Shown: positions 44,560 to 53,600 of the stretch, one piece after another
How the letters are laid out: every line of letters begins with the position of its first letter
How positions within the stretch are numbered: position 1 is the stretch's first letter
Virus record (IMG/VR): IMGVR_UViG_3300037805_000644
Location: 1-64,000 of that record
Direction: 5' to 3' (one strand)
Length of the DNA stretch: 64,000 nt
Program-made: the position numbers and the translations under genes
The notes under the pieces: generated by a model
What the model was told of the DNA's origin: nothing
Database searches by the model: none
The model's input: only the letters and a program-made list of their open reading frames with translations

Positions 44560-45099
44560 TTAGATACCTCGAATGGTGACCTGGTGGGAGCGGGCCAGCC
44601 TCTGGGCCTCCGCCTGATTTGCTGTGCCTACAGAAGCACCCGCAGCATCAAACACTTGGTAGGTGCCGTCTGGTTGAACCTGCATGGTTGCGGCTCCTGC
44701 GAAAGGTTGGGGGTTGGGGGACGGGGCACCCAGGAGCAAGGTGAGCTGTTGCGGGGCCAGTACAGCGACAGGGTTGAGGGCTGCCTCGATCTCCGCAGTC
44801 GTCGGGATCTGGCCCAAGGTGCTGAACAGGTCCAGGACCACCTTGCGGATTTTCCGCCATGCACAGGGGAGTTCACTCCACATGCACAGATCGATCAGGG
44901 TCTCCGCTTCGGTGATGAAGTCCTGGAAAGCCTTGACCACGAACCGAGAGCCGGTTCTGTCGGTCACCAGGATCTCAACGGGTTGGTGTGGGGACCGCCC
45001 CGTTGCCTCCCAGCTCTCGGCACCCAGGCCCAGCTTGATCGTCCAGGACTTGTCCTGACCAGACATCCGGTTCACGTCTTGAATAGTATTGGTTCTCAA
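44560..45099 (-). CDS. Hypothetical protein
   Basis: TTG start with GGAGG SD. Confidence 0.65.
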   Translation of the reverse strand: MRTNTIQDVNRMSGQDKSWTIKLGLGAESWEATGRSPHQPVEILVTDRTGSRFVVKAFQDFITEAETLIDLCMWSELPCAWRKIRKVVLDLFSTLGQIPTTAEIEAALNPVAVLAPQQLTLLLGAPSPNPQPFAGAATMQVQPDGTYQVFDAAGASVGTANQAEAQRLARSHQVTIRGI

Positions 45100-45115
45100 G
45101 ATTCCTCCACCTTCC

Positions 45116-45142
45116 CTACTCGCCTGAGGGTGGGGTGTTACC
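45116..45142 (-). promoter_or_regulatory. Promoter motif variant
   Basis: GGTAAC-N15-GAGTAG. Confidence 0.55.
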
Positions 45143-45358
45143 CGTCCTGGGGATCTCGGCGGTTTTGTTTTCGCTGAAAAGGCACCCCTGACATACCCGA
45201 AAAGGGCTCTTTTCGGGTTGGCTAAAGCTCCAGGTGGCCCAGCCTGTGAACCAGTGGCCGCCGCTCTTTTTGCAGAGTGTTACAGAGCGGGGGTCCGCCG
45301 GAGGCCAGTGCCCAACGGCTTGTCGAACTGCCCCCCACGGATCAGCCGTTTTCATCAT
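45116..45358 (-). CDS. Small Cys/His protein
   Basis: ATGA overlap; C..GH..CxxC. Confidence 0.45.
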   Translation of the reverse strand: MMKTADPWGAVRQAVGHWPPADPRSVTLCKKSGGHWFTGWATWSFSQPEKSPFRVCQGCLFSENKTAEIPRTGNTPPSGE

Positions 45359-45582
45359 GCCCGCCCCTGCACCTGGGTGACCTTGTCGAGAACGAGGTCC
45401 ACATGAAAGACAGCCTTTGCCGTCCCGGTGAGGGGGTTGGCCATCCAAGAGATGATGTGGTCGCCGCCGTGAAAGCCGCTCCACCGGAACCCCTTGGAGA
45501 GCATATCCCGCTGCTCATGACCTAGCTCATTGGCGACCAACGCGAGGGCTCGGATTTTGAGAGTCATGCTGATGGGGCTCAT
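45355..45582 (-). CDS. Small hypothetical protein
   Basis: GAGGA SD. Confidence 0.6.
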   Translation of the reverse strand: MSPISMTLKIRALALVANELGHEQRDMLSKGFRWSGFHGGDHIISWMANPLTGTAKAVFHVDLVLDKVTQVQGRA

Positions 45583-45615
45583 GCTGTCCTCGTTTCGTTT
45601 CGTTTCTCACCCCAC

Positions 45616-45641
45616 CTACTACCGGGAACGGGCCTTTGCAG
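45616..45641 (-). promoter_or_regulatory. Partial promoter motif
   Basis: CGGTAGTAGGTGGGGTGAG matches the consensus, but the upstream box is CTGCAA. Confidence 0.45.
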
Positions 45642-45838
45642 GGTGGTTCCACATTAACACGACCTGCCTCTCTGAGGAGACGGGTGACGCAGTGCGCCCC
45701 ATCTCCACGATGGTCATGCAGGAGTTCACCGACCGATCCATCCTCTCAGGGTTCCTCCCGGGGACCGCTGCTGCGGCCCGCGCAGACGAGGAATTCGGCC
45801 CGGGGATCGATCTCGCCTGCGATGGGCGGTGGGTGGGG

Positions 45839-45967
45839 ATGCCTCGTGTGGAACAAGCCTTCAACCTGGGTTACGCGGATGCCTATGAGGGCATTGATGA
45901 GCCGTGCCGAGGGTTTGAGGTTGAGTACGGCCGTGGTCAGCGTGAGTACCAAGAATCCCTGAGCTGA
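45839..45967 (+). CDS. Small Rmf-like peptide (start uncertain)
   Basis: AFNLGYADAYEG...EYGRG. Confidence 0.35.
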   Translation: MPRVEQAFNLGYADAYEGIDEPCRGFEVEYGRGQREYQESLS

Positions 45968-45976
45968 ACAAAACCA

Positions 45977-46213
45977 GTGGAGAACATGATGGCCGAAAAC
46001 ACCACCCCTCTCACTTACCACGTCCGCTCTTATGTCCAGCTCGCCCGACACTTGGGCCGCAAGCCCGAGGGGATGGTCATAGAGGGGTTCCGGCACATCG
46101 GTGTGCTCTGCGTACCCGACGGTGAGGCCCAGAAAGTCCTTCACCGCGTCAAGCACCCCGATGGTCGGGAGTGGCTGATCGATCTGAAACTCAAAACCAC
46201 CAAACTCACCTGA
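45977..46213 (+). CDS. Small hypothetical protein
   Basis: GGAG SD before ATG 45986. Confidence 0.55.
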   Translation: MENMMAENTTPLTYHVRSYVQLARHLGRKPEGMVIEGFRHIGVLCVPDGEAQKVLHRVKHPDGREWLIDLKLKTTKLT

Positions 46214-46237
46214 GACCCCGAAAACCTCAATTTTGGA

Positions 46238-46264
46238 GGTAACGATCCGGGGGGTCCCTAGTAG
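46238..46264 (+). promoter_or_regulatory. Recurrent promoter-like motif
   Basis: GGTAAC-N15-TAGTAG GTGAGGTG. Confidence 0.7.
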
Positions 46265-46287
46265 GTGAGGTGAACAAAGGAGACCAC

Positions 46288-46668
46288 ATGAGCCGCATCA
46301 ACAGGGTCCTCACCATCACTTGCGTCGGATTCGGGTACGGCCCGGATCGCACCCTGGAGGTCGAAGGTTACTTCGAGCCCGAGATCGCGGCTTTCACCTC
46401 GGGCCTGCCCGAAAACTGTTACCCTGCTGAGGGCGGGACTTTCGAGGTCATTAGCGTCACCGAGGCCGGCAAGGAGGTCCTCAACCTCCCACACGATTTC
46501 CCCTCTGATGAGGATCTTTACGAGCTGGCGAGCGGAGACGAGAGCCAGCCCGAAAGCCGACCCGAGGATGAGGACATCGAGGATTTCATCGACCCCAACG
46601 AAGATGCGGACGGGGCTTTCCTTGGTTGCGACTTTGAGGATTACAGTTCCTGGGGACACCCTGACTAA
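46288..46668 (+). CDS. Highly acidic hypothetical protein
   Basis: AAGGAG SD; GLPENCYPAEGG motif; D/E-rich. Confidence 0.7.
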   Translation: MSRINRVLTITCVGFGYGPDRTLEVEGYFEPEIAAFTSGLPENCYPAEGGTFEVISVTEAGKEVLNLPHDFPSDEDLYELASGDESQPESRPEDEDIEDFIDPNEDADGAFLGCDFEDYSSWGHPD

Positions 46669-46678
46669 TTGAGGTAAC

Positions 46679-47224
46679 ATGGCCGAACATAAAACCACCA
46701 TCAACTACTCTGAGCGCACCCGCGCATTCACCCTCAAGTGTGGCAAGGCACAAGCCGTTGTACGCGTTGAGGGTGATGAGGTAGCAAACATCAAGTTGAG
46801 CGGGCGATCTGATCCTCGTGATTGGTTCATGATCGGCAGCCGCCTCACCAAGCTTGGCGGCACCTGTGGCGAGTGGTTTGAGGCGCTTGAGTGTGACCAC
46901 GCCCAGTCGCCTGCACATAAGCCTTGCAACGTGGATTGGATCCTGGTGCGGGGCGGCGTTGGGGTGCGGATCCAAGACCAGAACGACGAAGAGATCTCAG
47001 AACTACGGGTCACGTCGAGCAGTGCTTGCCTGCTCACCGTCAAGTCTGATTGTTACTTTGGTGTCGATCAGGCGGCTGTGGCGGGGCACATCATCAATGC
47101 AGTGGCAATTGCCACTGCTCGACTCGTCATGTTCGGCGCGAAAAACATTGCAACCATCACTGAGACGGCGTGCAACGATTACCCCGACATCCTCGAAATC
47201 GAAGAAGGTGAGGGTGATGACTGA
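46679..47224 (+). CDS. Hypothetical protein
   Basis: GAGGT SD. Confidence 0.65.
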   Translation: MAEHKTTINYSERTRAFTLKCGKAQAVVRVEGDEVANIKLSGRSDPRDWFMIGSRLTKLGGTCGEWFEALECDHAQSPAHKPCNVDWILVRGGVGVRIQDQNDEEISELRVTSSSACLLTVKSDCYFGVDQAAVAGHIINAVAIATARLVMFGAKNIATITETACNDYPDILEIEEGEGDD

Positions 47225-47420
47225 CATCTACGACGACAACGGCGAAAAGATCTCCCTCGGAGACACCTTGTGCTCTGTTTATGGCTATGAGGTCATCGTG
47301 TACGAGGTTTCCCCTGGAGACTGGGCAGGCAAGTTGATCTGCACGCCCGACCACTCCTGTGCAAACATCCCCTATGCCCTTAACAAGGGGCAGGGGCACA
47401 CCATTAAAGTGGGTGCGTAA
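47217..47420 (+). CDS. Small YopX-like protein
   Basis: DDNGEKISLGDTL motif. Confidence 0.5.
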   Translation: MTDIYDDNGEKISLGDTLCSVYGYEVIVYEVSPGDWAGKLICTPDHSCANIPYALNKGQGHTIKVGA

Positions 47421-47422
47421 CG

Positions 47423-47641
47423 ATGCACCCCCTCCTGAAAAACCTGTGGACCCACTACGCCACCTTCACAGTCCTGCTCGCGTTTACCTTCGGTGCCTAT
47501 GCCACCAATTACCACGATTGGAAAGCGCCTTACCCAGCAAACACCTGGGGTCCGGTATCCACTTTTATGGCCGTCTTGACCGCTGGGGCCGGCGTGGGTT
47601 TCGTGCTACGTTTTTGGGCCTGGATGGCTTCGTCTAAATGA
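47423..47641 (+). CDS. Small two-TM membrane protein
   Basis: Two hydrophobic helices. Confidence 0.55.
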   Translation: MHPLLKNLWTHYATFTVLLAFTFGAYATNYHDWKAPYPANTWGPVSTFMAVLTAGAGVGFVLRFWAWMASSK

Positions 47642-47889
47642 AGACGTACACTCTCCTGCTCCTGGAACAGGGCAAGCCTCCTGAGACCATCCTGGAGGCC
47701 GAAAAGGACCTCCATCAAGTTCGTAGGGTTGCCTCCAGTCGGAGGATGACCCGACGCTTGCGGAAAGGTCTGGGGCGCCGGCTGGAGATCCAGCGGGACG
47801 GCAAGATCATGCGAGGGGGCCGCTTTGCCCTCGATGAGGCGATTTACCAGCTATGGCTGGAAGCCAATCAGCCCGAGGAGGGCAAATGA
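47638..47889 (+). CDS. Small basic hypothetical protein
   Basis: Packed in the operon. Confidence 0.55.
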   Translation: MKTYTLLLLEQGKPPETILEAEKDLHQVRRVASSRRMTRRLRKGLGRRLEIQRDGKIMRGGRFALDEAIYQLWLEANQPEEGK

Positions 47890-48386
47890 GAAAACGAAAG
47901 CAACATGTGGATCCCTTGCCCGTGGGCTCGGTGGTCCACAAGATCTCAGGTAAGCCCTTCAAGAGTGGCCTCAAGCGGGGCACGGTCTCAGGGGTCATCG
48001 ACCACCTGCAACTACCTGGGATCAAGGCGTACACCTTTGAGGAGGATGAGAGTTACGTCCGTGTGTCTTACTGCGAGGAGTGGAAGCTCATCGCCCTCCA
48101 CATTGATGCCCTGGTGCAGCGGTGTGGGTGGTTCACCATGGACACCGAGCTGAACAACGGCTACGGGTGCAACCACCCCGAAACGGAAATCGAGTTTGAG
48201 TGTGACGGCGATCAACGCCGGTGCAACCCCTCCTCCTGCCCCGTAGCATCATGCTTCGACGACTGGGGCGATCCTGACGTGGTTCGTGACGCCGCCGAGT
48301 ACGGGATCACCCCAGATAATCACTCCGCCCAAGAGTGGATGGAGTGGGACCCCTCGAACCACAAGGGAGGCTCACATGAGCCTTGA
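47886..48386 (+). CDS. Hypothetical protein (KPFKSG domain plus Cys-rich domain)
   Basis: GAGGAGG SD; KISGKPFKSG; NNGYGCNH..C..SCP. Confidence 0.65.
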   Translation: MRKRKQHVDPLPVGSVVHKISGKPFKSGLKRGTVSGVIDHLQLPGIKAYTFEEDESYVRVSYCEEWKLIALHIDALVQRCGWFTMDTELNNGYGCNHPETEIEFECDGDQRRCNPSSCPVASCFDDWGDPDVVRDAAEYGITPDNHSAQEWMEWDPSNHKGGSHEP

Positions 48387-48838
48387 TCTAAGCAGTATCT
48401 CCACCCCTCACCGCGAAAGTGACGGGCTTCGCCGCTGCTTTCGCCATCTTCTCAGGGTCCCTCGGAGCCGCTGAGGCCCTGATCTGGCTTGCAGGATTGT
48501 TGCTGGTGGCCTCCATCGGCGTGTGCCTCAAGAGCTTTCGGGATTCCCTCCCCGAGCGCCGTCGTGCCCTTTTGGCCAAACTAAAGATCGAGTTTGGGGA
48601 GGTCGAGGAGGCTAAGCCGGCAAATCGGAGTGAGACCTCGGACCACCACGAGGCTTTCGGCGTGAAAGTGCTCCGGGCTCCCCCCTCAGAGGCTGAGAGC
48701 CGGGGGTGGCGGCACTGGTGGTACGACGGCTATGCGGATAGCACGAAGCAACCCCGTCAGCGGGGGATCATCCCCAGCTCAGCAATACCCGCATGGGCCG
48801 CAGGCCGGGAGGCAGGTCTGAAAGACCTAGACCCCTGA
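48376..48838 (+). CDS. Membrane protein with apparent +1 frameshift near its start
   Basis: GGGAGG-ATG 48376 joins ORF 48419..48838 if one C is removed at 48404-48407. Confidence 0.5.
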
Positions 48839-49243
48839 TCAGCGTGCTTGGATCTGGGCGAGCAATTCATCATGAAGCCCCGTGATCATCACCACCCCAC
48901 CTTTACCCTGCCCTGGGCTGTAGCTGGCCTCGATGAAGACACCATCACCATAGGTGATCCCCTCCTCCTGCACCCCGACGGCCTCCTCCACCTGGTCCTG
49001 GGTGGGTCCAAAAACAACACCCTCCCCCTCCAGTGCTGCATATAGGCCATCCGCCAGATCGAACAACAGGTCGCGGTCGGGGACGGACAGGATCACATGA
49101 GGGGTGGGGATCATCTGACACTCCAGGTCTGTGCCGAGTTTGGCCACACCATCCCCCGAATCGCAGGTCTCGAAGCCCAGCTTGTTGATGAGGTGGACGG
49201 TGTTCGTGATGTTGGGGTCGAGCGGCATGTAAAACTCAGGCAT
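48839..49243 (-). CDS. Hypothetical protein (LDPxI..GFET.DSGDG family)
   Basis: GAGGA SD; paralog of 13899..14483. Confidence 0.65.
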   Translation of the reverse strand: MPEFYMPLDPNITNTVHLINKLGFETCDSGDGVAKLGTDLECQMIPTPHVILSVPDRDLLFDLADGLYAALEGEGVVFGPTQDQVEEAVGVQEEGITYGDGVFIEASYSPGQGKGGVVMITGLHDELLAQIQAR

Positions 49244-49274
49244 GGTATCCTCAAAGGTTTTAGGGTCAGAATGA

Positions 49275-49310
49275 AGAAAGCCCCACCCACGTATGTGGAT
49301 GAGGCTTTCT
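49275..49310 (-). terminator. Possible terminator hairpin
   Basis: AGAAAGCC...GGCTTTCT imperfect stem in an intergenic gap. Confidence 0.35.
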
Positions 49311-49329
49311 GAAAGGCTCAGGCTGAACC

Positions 49330-49851
49330 TCAGGCGTCCGGCGTGTCCTTCTTGTGGGACTGGAAGAACATCTCCCAGAGGCCCACGGAGGTCGCACCAC
49401 CCAGGAAACCCTGGAGCAGGGCCTGGGACAACGGGAGGTTACCCGCCAGGAGCGCAGTGGCGATGGAGCCAGCCACCCCAATCGTGGCTGCCACCCAGGG
49501 GACCGCCTTTTTCGGGATCCGCTTCTTGAGACCGACGACCTTGTCGAGCCCGAAAATCAGCAGCAAGATCAGAACACCCGAGAACAGGGGCCAGGCGCCA
49601 GCCTCGGCGGAGACTACCAGGAAATCAATGGCCTCCTGAGCATCCTCAGCGGTATTGACCTGCTTGGGGGCCTCGGGCAGGGCTGCAACCGCAGCATCAA
49701 CGAAGCCGGCATCCGCAACGAAGCCGGCATCCGCAACGAAGCCGGCATCCGCAACGACCGTCACGGCATCGGGGGCCGCATCTGCGGCGAGAGCCATAGC
49801 AGGGCTGAGTGCCAGGGACAGAGCGAACAGGGGGGCGAAAAACTTCTTCAT
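49330..49851 (-). CDS. Signal-peptide membrane protein with ADAGFV repeats and a holin-like 3-TM C-terminus
   Basis: MKKFF..AMALA signal; 18-bp repeat at about 49702-49755; KKAVPWVA..GATSVGLWE. Confidence 0.7.
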   Translation of the reverse strand: MKKFFAPLFALSLALSPAMALAADAAPDAVTVVADAGFVADAGFVADAGFVDAAVAALPEAPKQVNTAEDAQEAIDFLVVSAEAGAWPLFSGVLILLLIFGLDKVVGLKKRIPKKAVPWVAATIGVAGSIATALLAGNLPLSQALLQGFLGGATSVGLWEMFFQSHKKDTPDA

Positions 49852-49866
49852 CTGGAACTCCTTATC

Positions 49867-50079
49867 TCAGCTCGGCAACTCAATGGCACCGGGCGGAGCG
49901 GGTGAATCTGCATCATATACACGAGGACCACCCAACTGGTCTAGTTCAGCCTTGATCCGCACCTGCTGTTCAGCAGTGAGGAGGGGGTGGCCCAGGGCCT
50001 GGCGAAGCCGGGCCCTGTACTTTTTCTCATGGGGACGACGGAGTTCGGGGCTGATCCCCTGACGGGTCAAGATCGGCAT
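49867..50079 (-). CDS. Small hypothetical protein
   Basis: TGATG coupling. Confidence 0.55.
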   Translation of the reverse strand: MPILTRQGISPELRRPHEKKYRARLRQALGHPLLTAEQQVRIKAELDQLGGPRVYDADSPAPPGAIELPS

Positions 50080-50363
50080 CAGAACCGCACCACAATCCGG
50101 CCACTGACGACCGAAAGCCTGCCGGGCAATGCCTCGACAGACCAGGGGGCTTTCAAGGCCAAGATCGTCTTGTCATGGTCGTCCAGGTCTGACGAGATCC
50201 AGGCTGCCATCTCCCGCTCCAGATCCTCAATGGAGTTCTGAGGGCGGGTGATCCAGACAGGGGGTCCTTGCTGGGGGCCTCGGGGCTCCGCAAGGACGCT
50301 GAGGGGGACAAAGGCGGCCACAGCGGCTACCATGAACCCTTTGAGGAATTTCCGTCGGTTCAT
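50079..50363 (-). CDS. Twin-arginine-signal-like small protein
   Basis: MNRRKFLKG followed by a hydrophobic stretch. Confidence 0.55.
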   Translation of the reverse strand: MNRRKFLKGFMVAAVAAFVPLSVLAEPRGPQQGPPVWITRPQNSIEDLEREMAAWISSDLDDHDKTILALKAPWSVEALPGRLSVVSGRIVVRF

Positions 50364-50662
50364 TGCTTCCACTCCGGTTTGACTCGGGCAAAGCCACTAA
50401 GGGTCCCGTCTTCCTCGAAAACGGCGGCCACAGCACCCCACCCGTCTGAATCTACCCCGCAGAGGCCGTTAAGCACCCCCAGGATGCCCACAGAAGCCGT
50501 CAAGCCGTCTCCGTGAACCTGGACAGTAGGATGCCAGGAGAGGGCGTGTGAGCACGACACACGGGACTCCACGAGCTGGTGGACCGCAACAGGGTCAACC
50601 TCCAGAAGCTCGTTGAGGAGATCAACGGTCCGCTCAACCAGCGCCTCGTCAATCACGAGCAA
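50360..50662 (-). CDS. Hypothetical phage protein
   Basis: LNELLEVDP.A..LV..RV.C..L..HPTVQV..VGILGVLNG; AGGAGG SD. Confidence 0.7.
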   Translation of the reverse strand: MLVIDEALVERTVDLLNELLEVDPVAVHQLVESRVSCSHALSWHPTVQVHGDGLTASVGILGVLNGLCGVDSDGWGAVAAVFEEDGTLSGFARVKPEWKQ

Positions 50663-53600
50663 CCTCCTGGTTGACCGCCTTCACCGCCACGGGCGTTCTC
50701 ATCATAAACGGCCAGGGCCACCTCAGAGGGGTCCGGGACCCGGCGGCTGTACCCTCGGAACATCGGGCGCCCATTGATGCGGTAACGGTCCGCAGCAGCG
50801 TACCCCTCACCGTACCCCGTGGGGCTGATGATCCCATCCAGGTTGATGCCTTCCTCGGTGGTGTTGCCGTTCCCGAGAATGCCCTGGGTCAGGATCACCA
50901 TCTGGATCTCGTCACCGTCACTGACCTTGTAAGGGGAGCCGGAGAACGCCTCCTCGTAAAAGTTCCGCACCAGCATTGCCCGGCAGACCAGAACACCGCC
51001 CTTGAGAACAGGGTTCGAGCTGAACGGCAAGGAGTCAGACACCCAATCGATGGGCCCACCAGGCACATCACCGTGCAGGACGAAGGCTGAGCCGCCGCCA
51101 CGGTAGATGCGGAACCGCTTGGCACCCGTCGGGGTGGCCGTGGTGTAGGCTGCAAACCCGTCGATAGCCGTGTGCCCATCGGACATCCCCAGCAGCTCAC
51201 CAGGAGCACCCAAGAAACGGGTGTACTCATCCCCATTGCCCGTGAGGGGCAGCAAGGACTGAATCGGCTGGATGTTTGCCGGGCTGGACCGCATGGCACT
51301 GGCGTTGCCCCCGAGGGGGTTCTCGGACAGGAAATCACTATCCTGGAGCAAAGCACCCAAGGGCAACCGCTCCGTCATGCCCGTCAGCTTGAGCTGACTC
51401 GTGCCGATCCCCGCGTTGACCGGCTTGTCCACACCACCCATCAGGTAGGTGGCCACGCAAGGCGGCAGCACACCACCCGTGCTCACGGGACCCGCATTGG
51501 AGAACAGGCTGTTGAACCGACCCACAGAATTTTCACTGTACGTCGCGTCCTCGTGGTCCGTCCAAATGTAGATGCCATTGCCCTCAGCACCCGTGGGGAC
51601 GGACTCGATCTCCACCCGCTTGTCCAGCGAGTAAGCACGAACCGACCGCTGGAGCTTTGAGTGCCCCAGGATGGCGAGAGCCAGGTTTTCCGCTGTCCCC
51701 TCTTGGGAGATGCTGTTGCGGCTAAACGACACCGACAGGGACGGGTTGCCGAGGGACGGGTCGAGCGTCCAGGCACTCTGGTCAGTGTCCTGGAGGACAG
51801 CCAGCGTGACCGTGATCGGGGCGCCCAGCACATACCCGACGTTCGACGGGTTGTGGAAGTACACCTGGATGGTGTCCGGCCCCGTGATCTCTGCCTTCAC
51901 ATGAGCACCCAAGGTCAGGGGCTCATCCACCGTGGCGAGGACCATCTCATCGAGGGCTCCCCCGACACCAGGCCAAGACACCGTGGTTGTGGCGGCCCCA
52001 GCCGTCTCCCCGGGGATCGGGGAAGGGAACGTCAGGCTGAACTGGCGGACCATGTGACCATCACCCACGTCCTGGGGGTTGAAGGCCCCTGGGCTGGGTG
52101 TCATCACTGCCTGGACCCGAACCACGTCCTTGGTGGTGCAGAAACCGCTCAGCACCACCTCCGCAGCGGCACTCCGCCACTGAGCGGGATCCGTCGGGGT
52201 CACCTGAACGGTGTCCCCGGGCAGGGCCCCCGCCGCAGCGAAATCGAAAGACTCGAAGGGGTTCTCTGGAGTGAAGGCAGTGATGGCCTGGTTGGCCGTT
52301 ACCGTCCCTCGCACGATGCCAGAGGTCTCGTCGATGAGGAAAGTGTCCTCAGCGTTCACATCTGGGCGAGCCTGGAGGGCTGCCTCATTGGCAGAGAGGG
52401 TGCCGTAAAGCTTGACGATCTCGCCATCAAGGAGCTTGAAGTTCATGCTCCAGTGCTCATTGGCACCACCCAGGTCAACCCCGTCAATGATGCCCGCGTT
52501 GATGTACTGGGGGGCCTCCAGAGCGTAGTTGGCCCTGGCCCGGCTGCTGTTTTCTTTCTGTCCCTCAGAGAAAGCCCGTGCCACCACCCGCCAATCAGGC
52601 TGGGACGCACTCTCAGGCATCCGGGAGGCTGCCGCCGGGGAGTTCTCAGTATGGCCCACATCGAGGACCGTGCCGGGGAACAGCTCTCCGCCGATCTTGC
52701 CGGTACCGAGCGTCGTGTAGAAATCCAGCGAGGCGAGGACCTGGAAGGCCCGCTCATTGATGGTCTCAGGCACAAAGTTGCCGTTGGCGTCGTACTGCTG
52801 GATCGCTGTCCGCAGGCTGTTCTGACCGGCGGTCGAGATCTGGCCGTAACGGAACTGATAATCCGAGGTCGTCCGGTTCTCACCGTGGCGACTCATGAAG
52901 GGGTCACCCTGGTACACCGTCCGGTTGTGGGCGATGTAGAACTGGTCGTTCGACCCTGCGGGGCAGGGGATGCACATCGGGACGCCTTCGAGGTGGATCG
53001 GCTTGTCGCCATCCCCATTGTCCTCGGTCATCCCATCCGTTCGCAAGACGCCCTGGCCATTGTGCTTGCGAGCCAGGACCAGGTTGTTCTCACTGATGAA
53101 CCCTCGGGAGAACCCGAAGACCGTGCAGACAACCACATACTCGAAATCACCGAAATCATCATTCGTGGCCCAGGTCGGGATACGGGTGAGGTCAAGGGTG
53201 TGCTCCGGGAGGATGTACGTGTGGTCGCCATCCGCCTCGGTGCGGTCCTTGGCCCCGTTCTGCATGATGAACAGGGACATCTTCTCGGCATCCCCCCGGA
53301 GGAGGTTGGTCGCCGGGTCGTCCTCGATCTGGTAACGGTTGGCCTTGAAGGTGCGCCCGCCCTTACCGAGGAAATCATCTTTCTCGTACACGCCCATGAT
53401 GCGGGCCGGGCCGTGATACGGCGGGAGCTGGATGCCCCGCAAGCCACGGCCGAACTCCGAGCTGTTGACCTGGGCCAGGTAATCCACGATCTCCTGGGCA
53501 AAGGTGCTGGCGTTGGGGTCGATGTCTGTGGTCTTCCGGGCCTCGACGTTGGGCAGGCCCAAGAAGGCACCGCCTACGGTATCGCCCTTGCCGTAACAGG

